From Eledone cirrhosa (lineage: Eukaryota), in contig OZ024742.1 of assembly GCA_964016885.1 (NCBI GenBank), forward strand, positions 124,930,001 through 124,994,000: 64,000 nt of DNA, given 5' to 3'. The notes under the pieces are model-generated. The model saw only the letters and a list, made by a program, of their open reading frames with translations. It searched no databases and had not been told where the DNA came from. Below are positions 52,901 through 64,000 of the stretch, in pieces (position 1 is the stretch's first letter; each line of letters opens with the position of its first letter). A program made the translations under genes and the position numbers.

Positions 52901-54452
52901 GGGGATTTTGGTTTTCCCTCATCTTCACTACTGGTAGATGAGGGGGTCTGTGTCTGTAAGTGTGTCTGTGTGTGTTTTTATGTTTTTATTGGTGTGTGTA
53001 TTTTGGGGTGGAGGGGGAATTTGACAACTTTCCTCGTTTCCCCCCTGGGTGGTCAATGTTGGTGGTGATCTTTCTATTTGTGTTGTTGTTGGTGGTTTTG
53101 CCGGTGCTGGTATTGGTTGTGGTCCTCGCCCCGGCGTAGGCAGCAGTGGAGCCTTTCGACCCCTTGCATCTTTCAGCAGTTGAAGGCAGAAGGCTCACAA
53201 ATGGGTTTTTTCCCCACAAACAAAACAATGTGGCCTTTCGCCCTCGGTCATAATATGAATGACCATCCCATTCTGAAGGCGGATGTGGTCCGGGATTGTC
53301 TTCACATTCACGGGCCTGCTCTGGAGAAGGATCTGCAGGTCAACCCCGGACCAGTCCTCTCTGGCCGTTCTGGTCACTTCTATCGGGACGGTGTCCGTCC
53401 CCTCCACAATCACACATCCCAAGAAGCCACCACATGTCAAGTCCTGGTGGGATTGTGGGAATGCGAAGACGGGCTGTTCTTTTTTCCCATGTGGGAGGGA
53501 TACATTAAGACCTAGCTGGTTTTGCAAGGAGTCATAGCGGGTTTTTTTAGCGAGGGCTTCTGACTTGAACAGCATGGAAATGGTGACGTACAGTCTTCCC
53601 CTCGCTATGTATTCGGTGTCTTCTCTGATGCACCTCAGCGCGACTTCGACATCTGCTTGTGGGATTAAAGCTGCCCTTTTGGTTTGTGCTATGATGCATC
53701 TATAATGCACCGTTCTGCGCTCCACTGCCTCAATAGCTTCTACCGGGACAGTTAAGTTGGCCCAGGATTGCTCTCGCTTGATGAGCTTCCAGGCCTGGGC
53801 CAACATTTCATCTTTGTTTGCGAGGTCCATGTTGAAGCATGGCCTATTTTTGTCGTTGGGGGTGTTGTTGTCGTTGTCGTTGTTCTTGTCGGTGTTGTTG
53901 TTATCACTGTCGCTGTTATCATTGTTGTCTTTGTTGCCACCGTTGTTCTCGTTGCAGTTGGTATTGTTGCTGTTGGTGTTGTCGCTATTTGTTTTAGTGG
54001 TGTTGATATTGTTGTTGCATTTGTCATTTTTTTTTTGTTATCTGTATTTTCGTTGTCGCTGTTACTGTCATGTTTTCAAAATTAGAGATCTCATTGGTAT
54101 TATTGGTGTCTTTGTTTACATTGTTTGTGGTGGTGTTTGTGTTATCAATTTGTGTTAATTTCGCCGTAGCTCTCCTCTCAACTTCTACGTCGTTGTCGCA
54201 CGACAGCTGACATATCGCTGGGGGGCGTGGCTCAGCCATGTGTTTTGGGGGGGTTTTTTCTCGATAATTTTTTTAAATGTAAAAAAGTTCAACTGTTTGG
54301 GCCAAAAGGCCCAAATATTATTCTTTCCCCTTCACAGGGCAAAGTCCAAGGGCTTGTGTGCCTTACACAACAACAACAAATTCAATAAATCAGTTTTGAT
54401 AGGTAAATAAATGAACTTACGGGAGCGAGCAAAAAGACGTCCGTTCAGACTC
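49949..54452 (-). mobile_element. Tx1/L1-clade LINE, copy 3 (divergent subfamily, 3' part lost)
   Basis: ORF1 at about 54239-52319 with RPHCFVCGEKTHL; ORF2 from 52284 (SLNVRGL, DWNG, SYIDR, VRQGCPLS, AYADDI). 5' end abuts (AAT)n. Confidence 0.88.
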
Positions 54453-54482
54453 AATAATAATAATAAGAAGAAGAAGAATAAT

Positions 54483-57400
54483 ATGTACTTTCAATACCTT
54501 GAGTAACCCAAGCATGTACTGCGAGATGAACAAATAAAAATTAATACACTACCAAATCGCTTTTCCTATGGTTAATCAGGAAGTGCGTCCCTCAGGAAGG
54601 TGCCAACCTGAGATCGAAAAGTCCTCCTCTGGCACAAACTCTTCTCCAATTATGGACCTGGATGTTCACGTGATCGGGGATTGCCCCAACTCGGGCCCTC
54701 CAGATCCACCACCCAAACCACCTCAAAAAGAAAAACCTAAAAGATGAAATGGAACCTAGAAGTAATATATGCATATTACTAAGCCATCACTAGACAGACA
54801 CATTTTAAATACTACAAAATCTGGAAAACTCGGAATCAAGCTAGCAGACGTGATATGGATGGAAATAAGTTGGCAAATGTAAGGAGGTATATCTTCAAAA
54901 ATAATAGACTCACAGACAGTGAACTAACTGCGATCAAGCAGGCTGTGGAGAATGACATAAATATAAATGATGAAAGAAGTGAAGAATCTCCTGGAGATAG
55001 TAACCAGTCACAAGTCTTTACTGAAAGACCTGCATCTGACCAAATCACAAATAGATTTGTAGAAATGAGAAGCCCTACTGAACCCGCTGAAAATAGCCAG
55101 GAGAGGGACATAGAAACAGTAATTGAAAACCAAACATCTGCTGAAGAACACAGGGAGTCTATGAAGAAATTAAAGCAAAAAATACTGAATGAACTTGCAG
55201 TAGTAAGACATTCTAGTATAAATGATAGAGAACCACTTCCAAAACTCCCAAATACAATCCAAAATAGAAAACGAATAATGATCGGTAATTCTGTCACAAA
55301 AGAAATCATAAAAGAACTAGAACCTGGTCTTACTGAGTTAAATGAAATCATTTATGCATCTGCTAGAGTAATTGAAACAAGTTGTTTACCACCAAAAGAA
55401 CAAAATAAGTCGAACCTTCGAGGTAAACCAATTTGGAGGAGTAGAATCGAAAAGGAGATTGACGTAATGAGAGGAGAAATATCTTTATTGAGTGAGTTAA
55501 CCACTGGAAATTATATAAGATCCAAGAAGGTAAGAAAGCTAAAGAGAAAATATGGACTGTCTTCTAGAGAAGCAATAATTTCAACAAAAGAATCTCTGAA
55601 ATAAAAAGTCCAAGTAAAAGCCCAACGAAATAACTTCTACAGGCAAAATAAGTCATTTTATAGAGAAGTAGGGCAAAAAAAAATAATTATTGAAGACCCT
55701 CCAGTCTCAACTTCTGGAGTAAGATTTGGAGTGATGAGAAGACATATAATGCTAATGTAGATTGGATTAGTCACCTGGAAAAATCCTACACAAATTTAGA
55801 AGAACAGGCGTGGGAAGACATCTCTATAGCGGACTTAAGGACAGCACTCAATAAATCTTATAAATGAAAATCTCCTGTTAGAGACAAGGTGCCAAATTTC
55901 TGGCTTTCCTCACTCCTGTGCACTCACAATATATTGGTCAAGCTGTTTAATGGAATTATGAATGATCAAAAAAATACACCTGATTGGATAGCAAGTGGCA
56001 TTACCTACCTTCTACCAAAGAACAACGAAACCAAATATTCAAAAAACTATCGGCCCATAACCTTCTTGTCCACTACTTATAAACTATTAACCTCTATTCT
56101 CATGGAAAAAGCATTCGCGTTTTTGGAGGATAACAATCTTTTCCCCATTGAACAAAAAGGGTGCCGACGAGGTTCATATGGTTGCAAAGATCAACTTTTG
56201 ATTAATCGTATGATCCTTGAAAACTGTCATAATAAACACAGAAATCTCTGTTCTGCGAGGATCGATTATACAAAAGTCTTTGACAGCATACCACACTCAT
56301 GGATTCTGAAATCATTGGACATCTTCAAAATCTCACCTGTGATCTCAAACTTCCTGAAACACAATATGTCATTATGGAACACAAATCTCCAATTTTCTCA
56401 TTCCACTGGGGTACTGTGCTCTAGGAATATAAACAGCAACTGTGGTATATTCCAGAGTGACTTACTTTCACCCTTGCTTTTCTGCATAGCTTTCATACCC
56501 CTTACATCCGAACTTAATAGAACAGGGTACGGTTATAGAATTGACAACAAAACAATAAGCCACTTATTTTATATGGATGATTTGAAGCTATATTGCAAAG
56601 ATAATGACGAACTGGAAGGCCTTTTTCGGACAGTAAAAACGTGTAGCGATGACATCGGGATGAAGTTTTGACGTGAAAAGTGTGCAAAAGCCACTTTCAA
56701 GAAGGGGAAGATTGTCAACTCAGCCTCAGTTGAATTGGATGCTGAACAATCATACAGGAACTTGAGCAGGAACAAACCTATAAGAACTTAGGGATTAATA
56801 AGTGCTCTGGCATACAGCATGCAAGCATGAAAGAGGGGTAAGTAAAGAATGTTACAGGAGAGTACGTGCAGCTCTGAGATCAGAACTAAACGCTCGTAAC
56901 AAGGTGCTAGCCATAATTCCTTGGCAGGCCCAGTTGTCACTTATAGCTTCGGTGTGTTGAAATCAAATGAGTGAAATCAAAAGAATCGACACCAAAGTCC
57001 TACTGACCTGTAATAGGATGCACCACCCAAAAGCAGATGTGGATCGTCTTTACCTTCCTAGAACTCAAGGAGGCCGTGGCCTGATCCAATTTGAACTTGC
57101 TTACATGACCACCATCATTGGACTGGCCAAACACCTTGAAACAAATAACAACTGTATGCTGAAACTTGTTGAAAAGCATGAGAGAAGTAAGAAGCTTCAT
57201 TCTATCTTGAAGGAGAGCAAAAAATATGCTACTGATCGCATGCTTGATACCCAGGCTGGACAGACTAAAGAAGCTGTTGCAACTGATGCTGCTAGGCACA
57301 TAAAATCACTGGCAAAAGCAAAAGGTCAAGGACAATTAGCATCAAATTAGGAGCAGAAACCACTGCATGGCAAATATGTGGCCGGTAGCAAACAAGTTGA

Positions 57401-58352
57401 TGTTGACCAAAAGCACATCCATCAGTGGCTACGTGGCTCAGGGCTAAAGTCGCAGAGTGAAGGCTTCATCTTAGCTGCCAAAGATCAAAGCTTATTGACT
57501 CGTAATTACCAGGCCAATGTGATGAGAAACGGAATAAACCCAGAGTGCCGATTCTGCAATGCTGAGGTTGAAACAGTGGATCACTTAGTCTCTGGATGTA
57601 ACGTTTTAGAACCAGTAGAATACAAATATAGACATGACAGAGTTGGCCAATGTCTACACTGGGTAATATGTCGGCATTATAAAATCAAAGCTGAAGACAA
57701 GTGGTACAATCATCACCCTGACGCTGTAACTGAAGGAGTAAAGTAACAATTATCTGGGACTTTCCTGTACATACTGACAGGACCATAAAAGCAAATAGAC
57801 CTGACAACATTGTAAAAGATCAACATAACAAGGTATGTTTATTGATAGATATGAGCATCCCATGTGATCACAATATCGCGGCAAAAGATTTTGACAAGCT
57901 ACGAAATATAAATGCTACTGATTTCATGCTTGATACCCAGGCTGGACAGACTAAAGAAGCTGTTGCAACTGATGCTGCTAGGCACATAAAATCACTGGCA
58001 AAAGCAAAATGTGGCAACTCAAGGCCGTTACAATACCAGTGATTGTGGGAGGACTGGGAATGATCAAGAAAGGAACAGAACAGTATTTGCGAATGATTCC
58101 TGGTTTACCCTCTCTGCAAGAAGTGCAAAAAATTGTTTTAACTGCTACTGCACACGTATTGAGAAGAGCACTATCTCTGTAAAATTGAAATCCCACATGT
58201 ACATATGCATATGCACGGTTTTTAAAAAATTTTTTTATTATAATCAATGTGATGTATTAACTGGCTTCCCATCGCACACTGTGAATTTATTTGCCCTAGG
58301 TGTCAGGAAGACACTCGGCATATATCTCAGAAACAATAATGAAAGAATATAA
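54483..58352 (+). mobile_element. R4/Dong-clade RLE LINE, decayed near-full-length copy
   Basis: NYRPIT, EQKGCRRGSYGCKDQLLIN, HLFYMDDLKLY, RLYLPRTQGGRGL, CRFC..ETVDHLVSGC..RHD, NRPD..LIDMSIP. Confidence 0.88.
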
Positions 58353-58366
58353 AAAAAATAATAATA

Positions 58367-58542
58367 ATTGTTTCTACTTTTGGCACAAGGCCAGCAATTA
58401 TCCCAGTGTATTACTGGTACTTTATTTTATCGACCCCTTAAGGAAGAAAGGCAAAGTTAACCTCAGCGGGTTTTGAACTCAGTCCGTAAAGCGACGTAAC
58501 TGTACTGCAAAGCATGGCGTCCGACCCTCAACTGATACTGCC
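58367..58542 (-). mobile_element. SINE copy abutting (AAT)n
   Basis: Same family motifs as 45208-45382. Confidence 0.8.
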
Positions 58543-58562
58543 AAAAATAATAATAAGAAGAA

Positions 58563-60640
58563 GAATGGTTGACAAAAGGTACCACAGTTCTGGTAATGAA
58601 AGACCGAATCAAGGGTAATGATGTTACCAACTATAGGCCTATCACATGTCTGTCCGTAATGTGGAAACTATTAACAAGCGTTGTGTCTGAGGAAATCTAC
58701 CATCAGCTCCACATAAACAACCTGTTACCGGACGAACAGAAAGGATACCGAAAGAAGTCCCGTGGTACAAAAGACCAGTTACTTATTGATAGGATGGTAA
58801 TGAGGATTTGCAAGAGGAGGCATACTGGTCTTGCCATGGGATAGATAGATTACAAAAAGGCATTCGACATGGTACCTCATTCTTGGATAACCAGAAACCT
58901 AGAGATCTTCAAGGTGGCAGATAACATCAGACAGTTATTGAGCAAAAGTATGAAGTCCTGGGAAACAGAGTTAACATCAGGTGAAGAATTAAGAGGTATC
59001 TTCCAGGGGGATAGTTTGTCCCAGCTGCTGTTTGTACTTGCCCTGATCCCCCTGTCCGTTATGTTGCGAAAAGTGAGAGCAGGATACAAGTTGGGAGGAG
59101 GAAGGCTTACCATCAACCACCTCCTCTTCATGGTCGATCTTAAACTCTTTGGGAAGAGTGAGAAGGAGTTGGATGTACTTGTTGACACTGTCCGTATTTT
59201 CAGCAATGATATATGTATGGAATTTGGTATTGATAAGTGTGGAGGCCTAGTGATGAAGAGGGGTAAATAGAGCATAAGCAATGGAATCCAGGCACCAACA
59301 GGTGAGATGATAAAGGAAATTGACGCTGAAGAGGGATACAAATATTTAGGTGTTCTGGAAGCAGATGACATCAAGAACAAAAAAATGAAAGAATTGATAA
59401 TATCTGAATACATAAGGAGAGTAAGGGACGTATTAAAATCACATCTAAATATTAGGAATGTTATAAGTTCAGTGAATTCCCGAGCTGTGTCTATTATTAG
59501 GTACAGTGCGGGAATTCTGAAACAAATAGCTGAACAAAAATAAATGGATAGGAAGAGTAAGAAGTTCATGACTCTCTACAACATGTACCACAAGAGGAGT
59601 GATGTCGATAGACACTACTTAAAGAGATCTGAAGGTGGAAGCGGTCTTATCAGCATAGAGGACAGTGTTCAGATGGAGAAAAACAACCTGCACAAATATG
59701 TGACTAACAGTAGGAAGCCAATACTCAAAATTGTATTGAAGGAGAAGACAATAGACCAGGGGATGTCCAAGGAGGAAATAACAACAAGGAGGAAGAGAAA
59801 CCTTCATGAAAATCTCTTCATAACACCTTCTTTAAGAAAACTGAATTTAGAGATCCACAGACATGGAACTGGTTAAAAAGAGGAGACCTTAACAAAGCTA
59901 CAGAAGGAATGTATATGGCTGCGCAAGAGCAAGCCCTCAGAACGAAGTGGGTGAAACACCATATTAACACGGAGGAGGCTAGCTCACTGTGTAGGGTATG
60001 TGGAGAGATAGAGGAGACTGTGGCTCACATTGTATCCGAGTGTAAACACCTAGCCCAGACTCACAATAAAGACTGGGGACATGATGTGATAGGCAGGGTG
60101 ATCCACTGGCATCTATGCAAAGTAAACAATTTACCACATTCTGAGAAGTGGTATGATCATAAGCCAGAGTCGGAGATAGAAAACGATCAGGTGAAGGTGC
60201 TATGGGAGTTTAGGATACAGACGGACAAGAAATTATAACATAATAGGCCTGACCTGGTGGTTTTGGACAAGGAAAAAAGATCGTGCCTGATTGTAGATGT
60301 AGCTTGCCCCTTTGACACCAGAGTGCAGGAAAAGGAGAGGGAGAAAATTAACCGATACCAGGATTTAAATTGGGCGTTAAAAAGAATTTGGAACTGCCAT
60401 GAAATCAAGGTCGTCCCGATTGTCATAGGCGCACTAAGTACTATCTCAAAGAGTGTCCAATGATGGTTAAAGAAGATTAGTCCAGCCCCGCTTTTGGGAA
60501 CACTTCAAAAGGCATGCTTGCTGGGAACAGCAAGAACACTCCGATACGTCCTGAATGTCTGAGGCTGCAAATAGCGGCTTGATATACATTTCTACAAACT
60601 TTCCAGTTAAATAACATCAATGACTGAGACTCAAAGAACA
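58563..60640 (+). mobile_element. R4/Dong-clade RLE LINE, 5'-truncated, with (AAT)n tail
   Basis: RT, then CRVCGEIEETVAHIVSEC and RPDLVVLDKEKRSCLIVDVACPFD (PD..D nuclease), VVPIVIGAL. Confidence 0.9.
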
Positions 60641-60660
60641 ATAATAATAATAATAATAAT

Positions 60661-61208
60661 GTTTTCTTTATTAACCTCGAGGGTTGACATTAAAAATATC
60701 ATTAAGGACAGCACAGGACGTTACAGGACTGTAGAAATTGGCATTTCTTCATGTAATGTGAAGAAAAACTGAAAATGACAAAAAAGAAACAAAGGAAAAT
60801 TTCCCAAAGGGGGAGTCTTCCCAGGGATATTATGGAGAAAGCCCATTAGAAGAAGCCACGGTGACACTGACCACCGGAGCAAATGCCCTCTCCCAGTTTT
60901 CTACCTTCAATTTACAGACGCATACTCAGAGCAGGCCCATTCACTTTGGCCATGCTTACCTCTCTCACCCATCTTTCAACAAAATGCTGGGAAGAGAGCA
61001 CTTACGGATCCGTCCTACACGCGACAGAAGGTGTTCAACATGAACCAACAAGTCAGCAATGTTCGGACACTGGACGAGTGCGTGCAGGACGGTTTAGTCG
61101 TCCTGCGCGCATCTTGGACAGGCCCGGCTGACGGCACTTCCATGCCTATACAGTTTATCCCGGACTGGCAAAGCTCCTAGGTAGCACTGCCAGGCAAGGG
61201 ATTTCTGT
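60661..61208 (-). mobile_element. Tx1-clade 3' fragment with an internal deletion
   Basis: Homologous to 39521-40267; 3' end abuts (AAT)n. Confidence 0.85.
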
Positions 61209-61519
61209 TAACTTAAGAAAGGGGAAGGTGGCAGTAACACTAGACAAGGGAGAGGCTAACAAAAGATTTAAATAGACTGACTCAGTGACTCGGTCAAAAG
61301 TTAACGACTATGGCATTGAAGTTCCACACCAACAATAGAACACTTCCCCTCTTCCCCCCCCCCCCGACACAGCCCCAGCACCACCGGCATAGACAACAAT
61401 AACAACAGAAGCAACTTCAACAAAAAGTAGTTTATATTAATAATTTCTTTCTTAGCCACGCAGGGCTCACATTGAGGAACCACTCATGATAATAACAATA
61501 TAAAAAAAACAAAAAAAAA

Positions 61520-64000
61520 ACCTGTGACCAAGAAATACCGGGATGGCGGCCGTGGGGGATTAGCCGCGTCTCTAGGGGAGGACGACCCTTCTAGTCTTGG
61601 TCGACACTCGTCCTAGGAGTGGTAACACGAAATGATTACCCCTTGGCGGTTAAGGATAAAAGCAACAAAATAAAGCCAATGTCAAATGATAAAAACTCAT
61701 ACCGGAGAGGAACCAGACTGGGTTCGAAAAATCAGCTAATAGTTCAAACCTTCCCATCAATTCGGAGCTGGAGGCATCCCATAACTGTTGACCCTCCATG
61801 CTCACCACCAAAAAATCCAAAGAAAAAGAGAGAAAAACGGTGAAGGGAAGACAATAAAGAAGTTATTGAGGTTTTCTACACTGCCATGTACTACCCATCA
61901 AATATTTCGAATACAGAGCAGACGTATATCAACTGGAAAAAGAAACATCCCGTAAACAGAGTCTGTATTGACAGTAACAAACTAGCTAACATACGAAGGA
62001 ATATTGTTAAGAAAAAGTTACTAACTGATATAGAAATTGATCAGATCAAGCTATTAGCGCAAAGTCAGAGAAGGGAAAATGAAACATGTGTCACTGAAAA
62101 CAAATAAATTGTAACACTTTTAATCCCAGGGTTGGGGCGGAATCACTGAGAGCAGAACAAATTAAAGAAAGGATCGTAAAAGTGGAAGGAGTGCATGCTG
62201 AAGATGAAACTGAAAATGAAAACAATGAGATCGTCAATGATAACGAAATGAATGAGAATGAAGACGCCAACTTGAAGAATGAAATTATGATCGAATGGAT
62301 GAAAATGGAAGAATCAGACATGGGTGAATGAGATACTCTCCCTAAGATCCAGAACTCCCAACAAAACCAAAGGATAATACAAAAGACTAACATAACTCTC
62401 AAAAACATTATCATCACACATAAACTAAACATTACTGATCTAAATCATCTCTATTATGCATCGGTTAAAGTCACCATTCACTTATGAATTCCCACAAGAA
62501 ATCTACTTGGCAAGATAACATCAATCGCCAAATAAACCTTCTACGATCTGACAGAAATTTTAGCAAACTACAAAGTAGGTGAACATGTTAAACAAACTAA
62601 ACTTAGAAAATTGAAAAGAAAATACAGTATAAAATCAACAAGTGACATAGAAATGCTGATAGTAACAATCAAGCAAAAAGTGTCGGCCAAAGCTACTCGT
62701 ATAAGGCGCTTTGAAAAACGATCTAGATTCTATAAGGACAATAATATGTTCAAAAACAATCAACGACACTTCTACAGACAAATTGGCAAGTCAACAATAA
62801 CTGCTAAATCAATACCATCCAAAGAGGAAGTGCAAGAATTCTGGGAAAAGTTCTGCGCCGAAGAAAAATTTCATAATATGCATGCCCCATGGATAGACAG
62901 ACAAATGAAAGATACAGCTCACATTGAGGAACAAATATGGAAAAATATAACAGTTGAACATCTGCGTTTAGCTCTTAGAAAATCCAGCAAATGGAAATCC
63001 CCAGGGAAGACAAAATACAAAATGTTTGGAGAAATACCTTCACAGAGTCTCATGAGCTGTTAGCCCAACTTTACAATGAAATGGTTAAGGAGATAGAAAA
63101 GATACCATCACGGCATTACATTCCTACTTCTGAAGAATGATGAGACAAACAATCCCAAAAATTACAGACCGATAACTTGCTTGACCACAATGTATAAAGT
63201 GTTAACATCAGTCTTAACTGAATATACATATGATCACCTGATAGCAAATGATCTATTTCCCAATGAGCAGGAAGGGTGTAAACGAGGCTCATATGGCTGT
63301 AAGGATCAGCTTTTAGTTAACAAAATGATACTGGAAGATTATCATAATAGAAACAAAATCTTTCAATTGCTTGGATAGCTTACAAAAAAGTATTCGATAG
63401 TTGCCACACAGTTGGATTTAAAAGTGTTTAGAGATTTTCAAAATATCTCCCGTTCTCAGGAGGTCCCTGTCATTCAGTATGAAGACATGGAAAACGACAC
63501 TCCTTTTGAATAGTGAAAAAAAATCGCTGGAAGCTGGAGAACTTAATGTTAATTGTGGAATATTTCAGAGTAACTCTTTATCACCGTTTAAGTAAAATGC
63601 TCAATGAAACACGGATATTAAGTCTATGACAAAACCATTAATCACTTGTTCTACATGGATGACCTGAAACTATTTGCAAAAAATAATGAGCAATTGCAAG
63701 GGCTATTATCCACTGTGAAGCAGTTCAGTGATGATATTAAAATGGAGTTTGTACTAGATAAATGTGCCATAGCCACGTTCACCAGAGGAAAGCTGCTGAG
63801 AAGTTCAGACATTAATCTTGATCCGGGGAACGTGATAAGAGAAACCTACAAATATGAGGTGTTTGTGAAGGAGACGGAATCAAGCACTCGACAATGAGGG
63901 AAAGGATAAGGAAGGAATGTTACCGCAGAGTAAGAGCAATCTTAAGAACCGAGTGGAATGCAAGGAATAGGATTGATGCCATAAACACGCTTGCCATACC
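61520..64000 (+). mobile_element. R4/Dong-clade LINE, 5' portion (runs off the window)
   Basis: DSNKLANIRRNI (compare 54855 ORF), [36 protein letters not shown]. Confidence 0.85.

Noticed and set aside
61540-61655. HDV-like ribozyme in the R4/Dong 5' UTR
   Set aside because: The region is GC-rich and partly self-complementary, but I could not assign the nested double pseudoknot by eye.
39521-64000. Unistrand piRNA cluster
   Set aside because: Elements lie on both strands, orientation is explained by target polarity, and no small-RNA data are available.

Overview
Eukaryotic, AT-rich, gene-free repeat graveyard. The SINE families resemble those I recall from octopus/cephalopods (inference). 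No host gene is supported, and the IY/ER/VC-rich ORFs are microsatellite artefacts. There are two zones. (1) About 1-37 kb is a (TA)n-microsatellite zone holding Penelope-like elements (PLEs: one Naiad-like RT+GIY-YIG family and remnants of a second lineage). It also holds at least four unrelated short non-coding families that each carry a minimal type-I hammerhead ribozyme (HHR). I read about 16 HHR motifs from about 8 families by hand, including a 3x472-bp retrozyme-like tandem array and a U3:A8 core variant. Many insertions are head-to-head (5'-to-5') inverted pairs with both 3' ends in (TA)n, repeatedly with one long and one short 3' end. One pair joins two unrelated RNAs. (2) About 39.5-64 kb is an (AAT)n zone with nested, decayed Tx1/L1-clade LINEs (all minus strand), R4/Dong-clade RLE LINEs (all plus strand) and tRNA-derived SINEs. 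One further R4/Dong element at 4.3-8 kb sits in (CATA)n. All coding elements are disrupted. Clade names are from motif recognition only; no searches were run.
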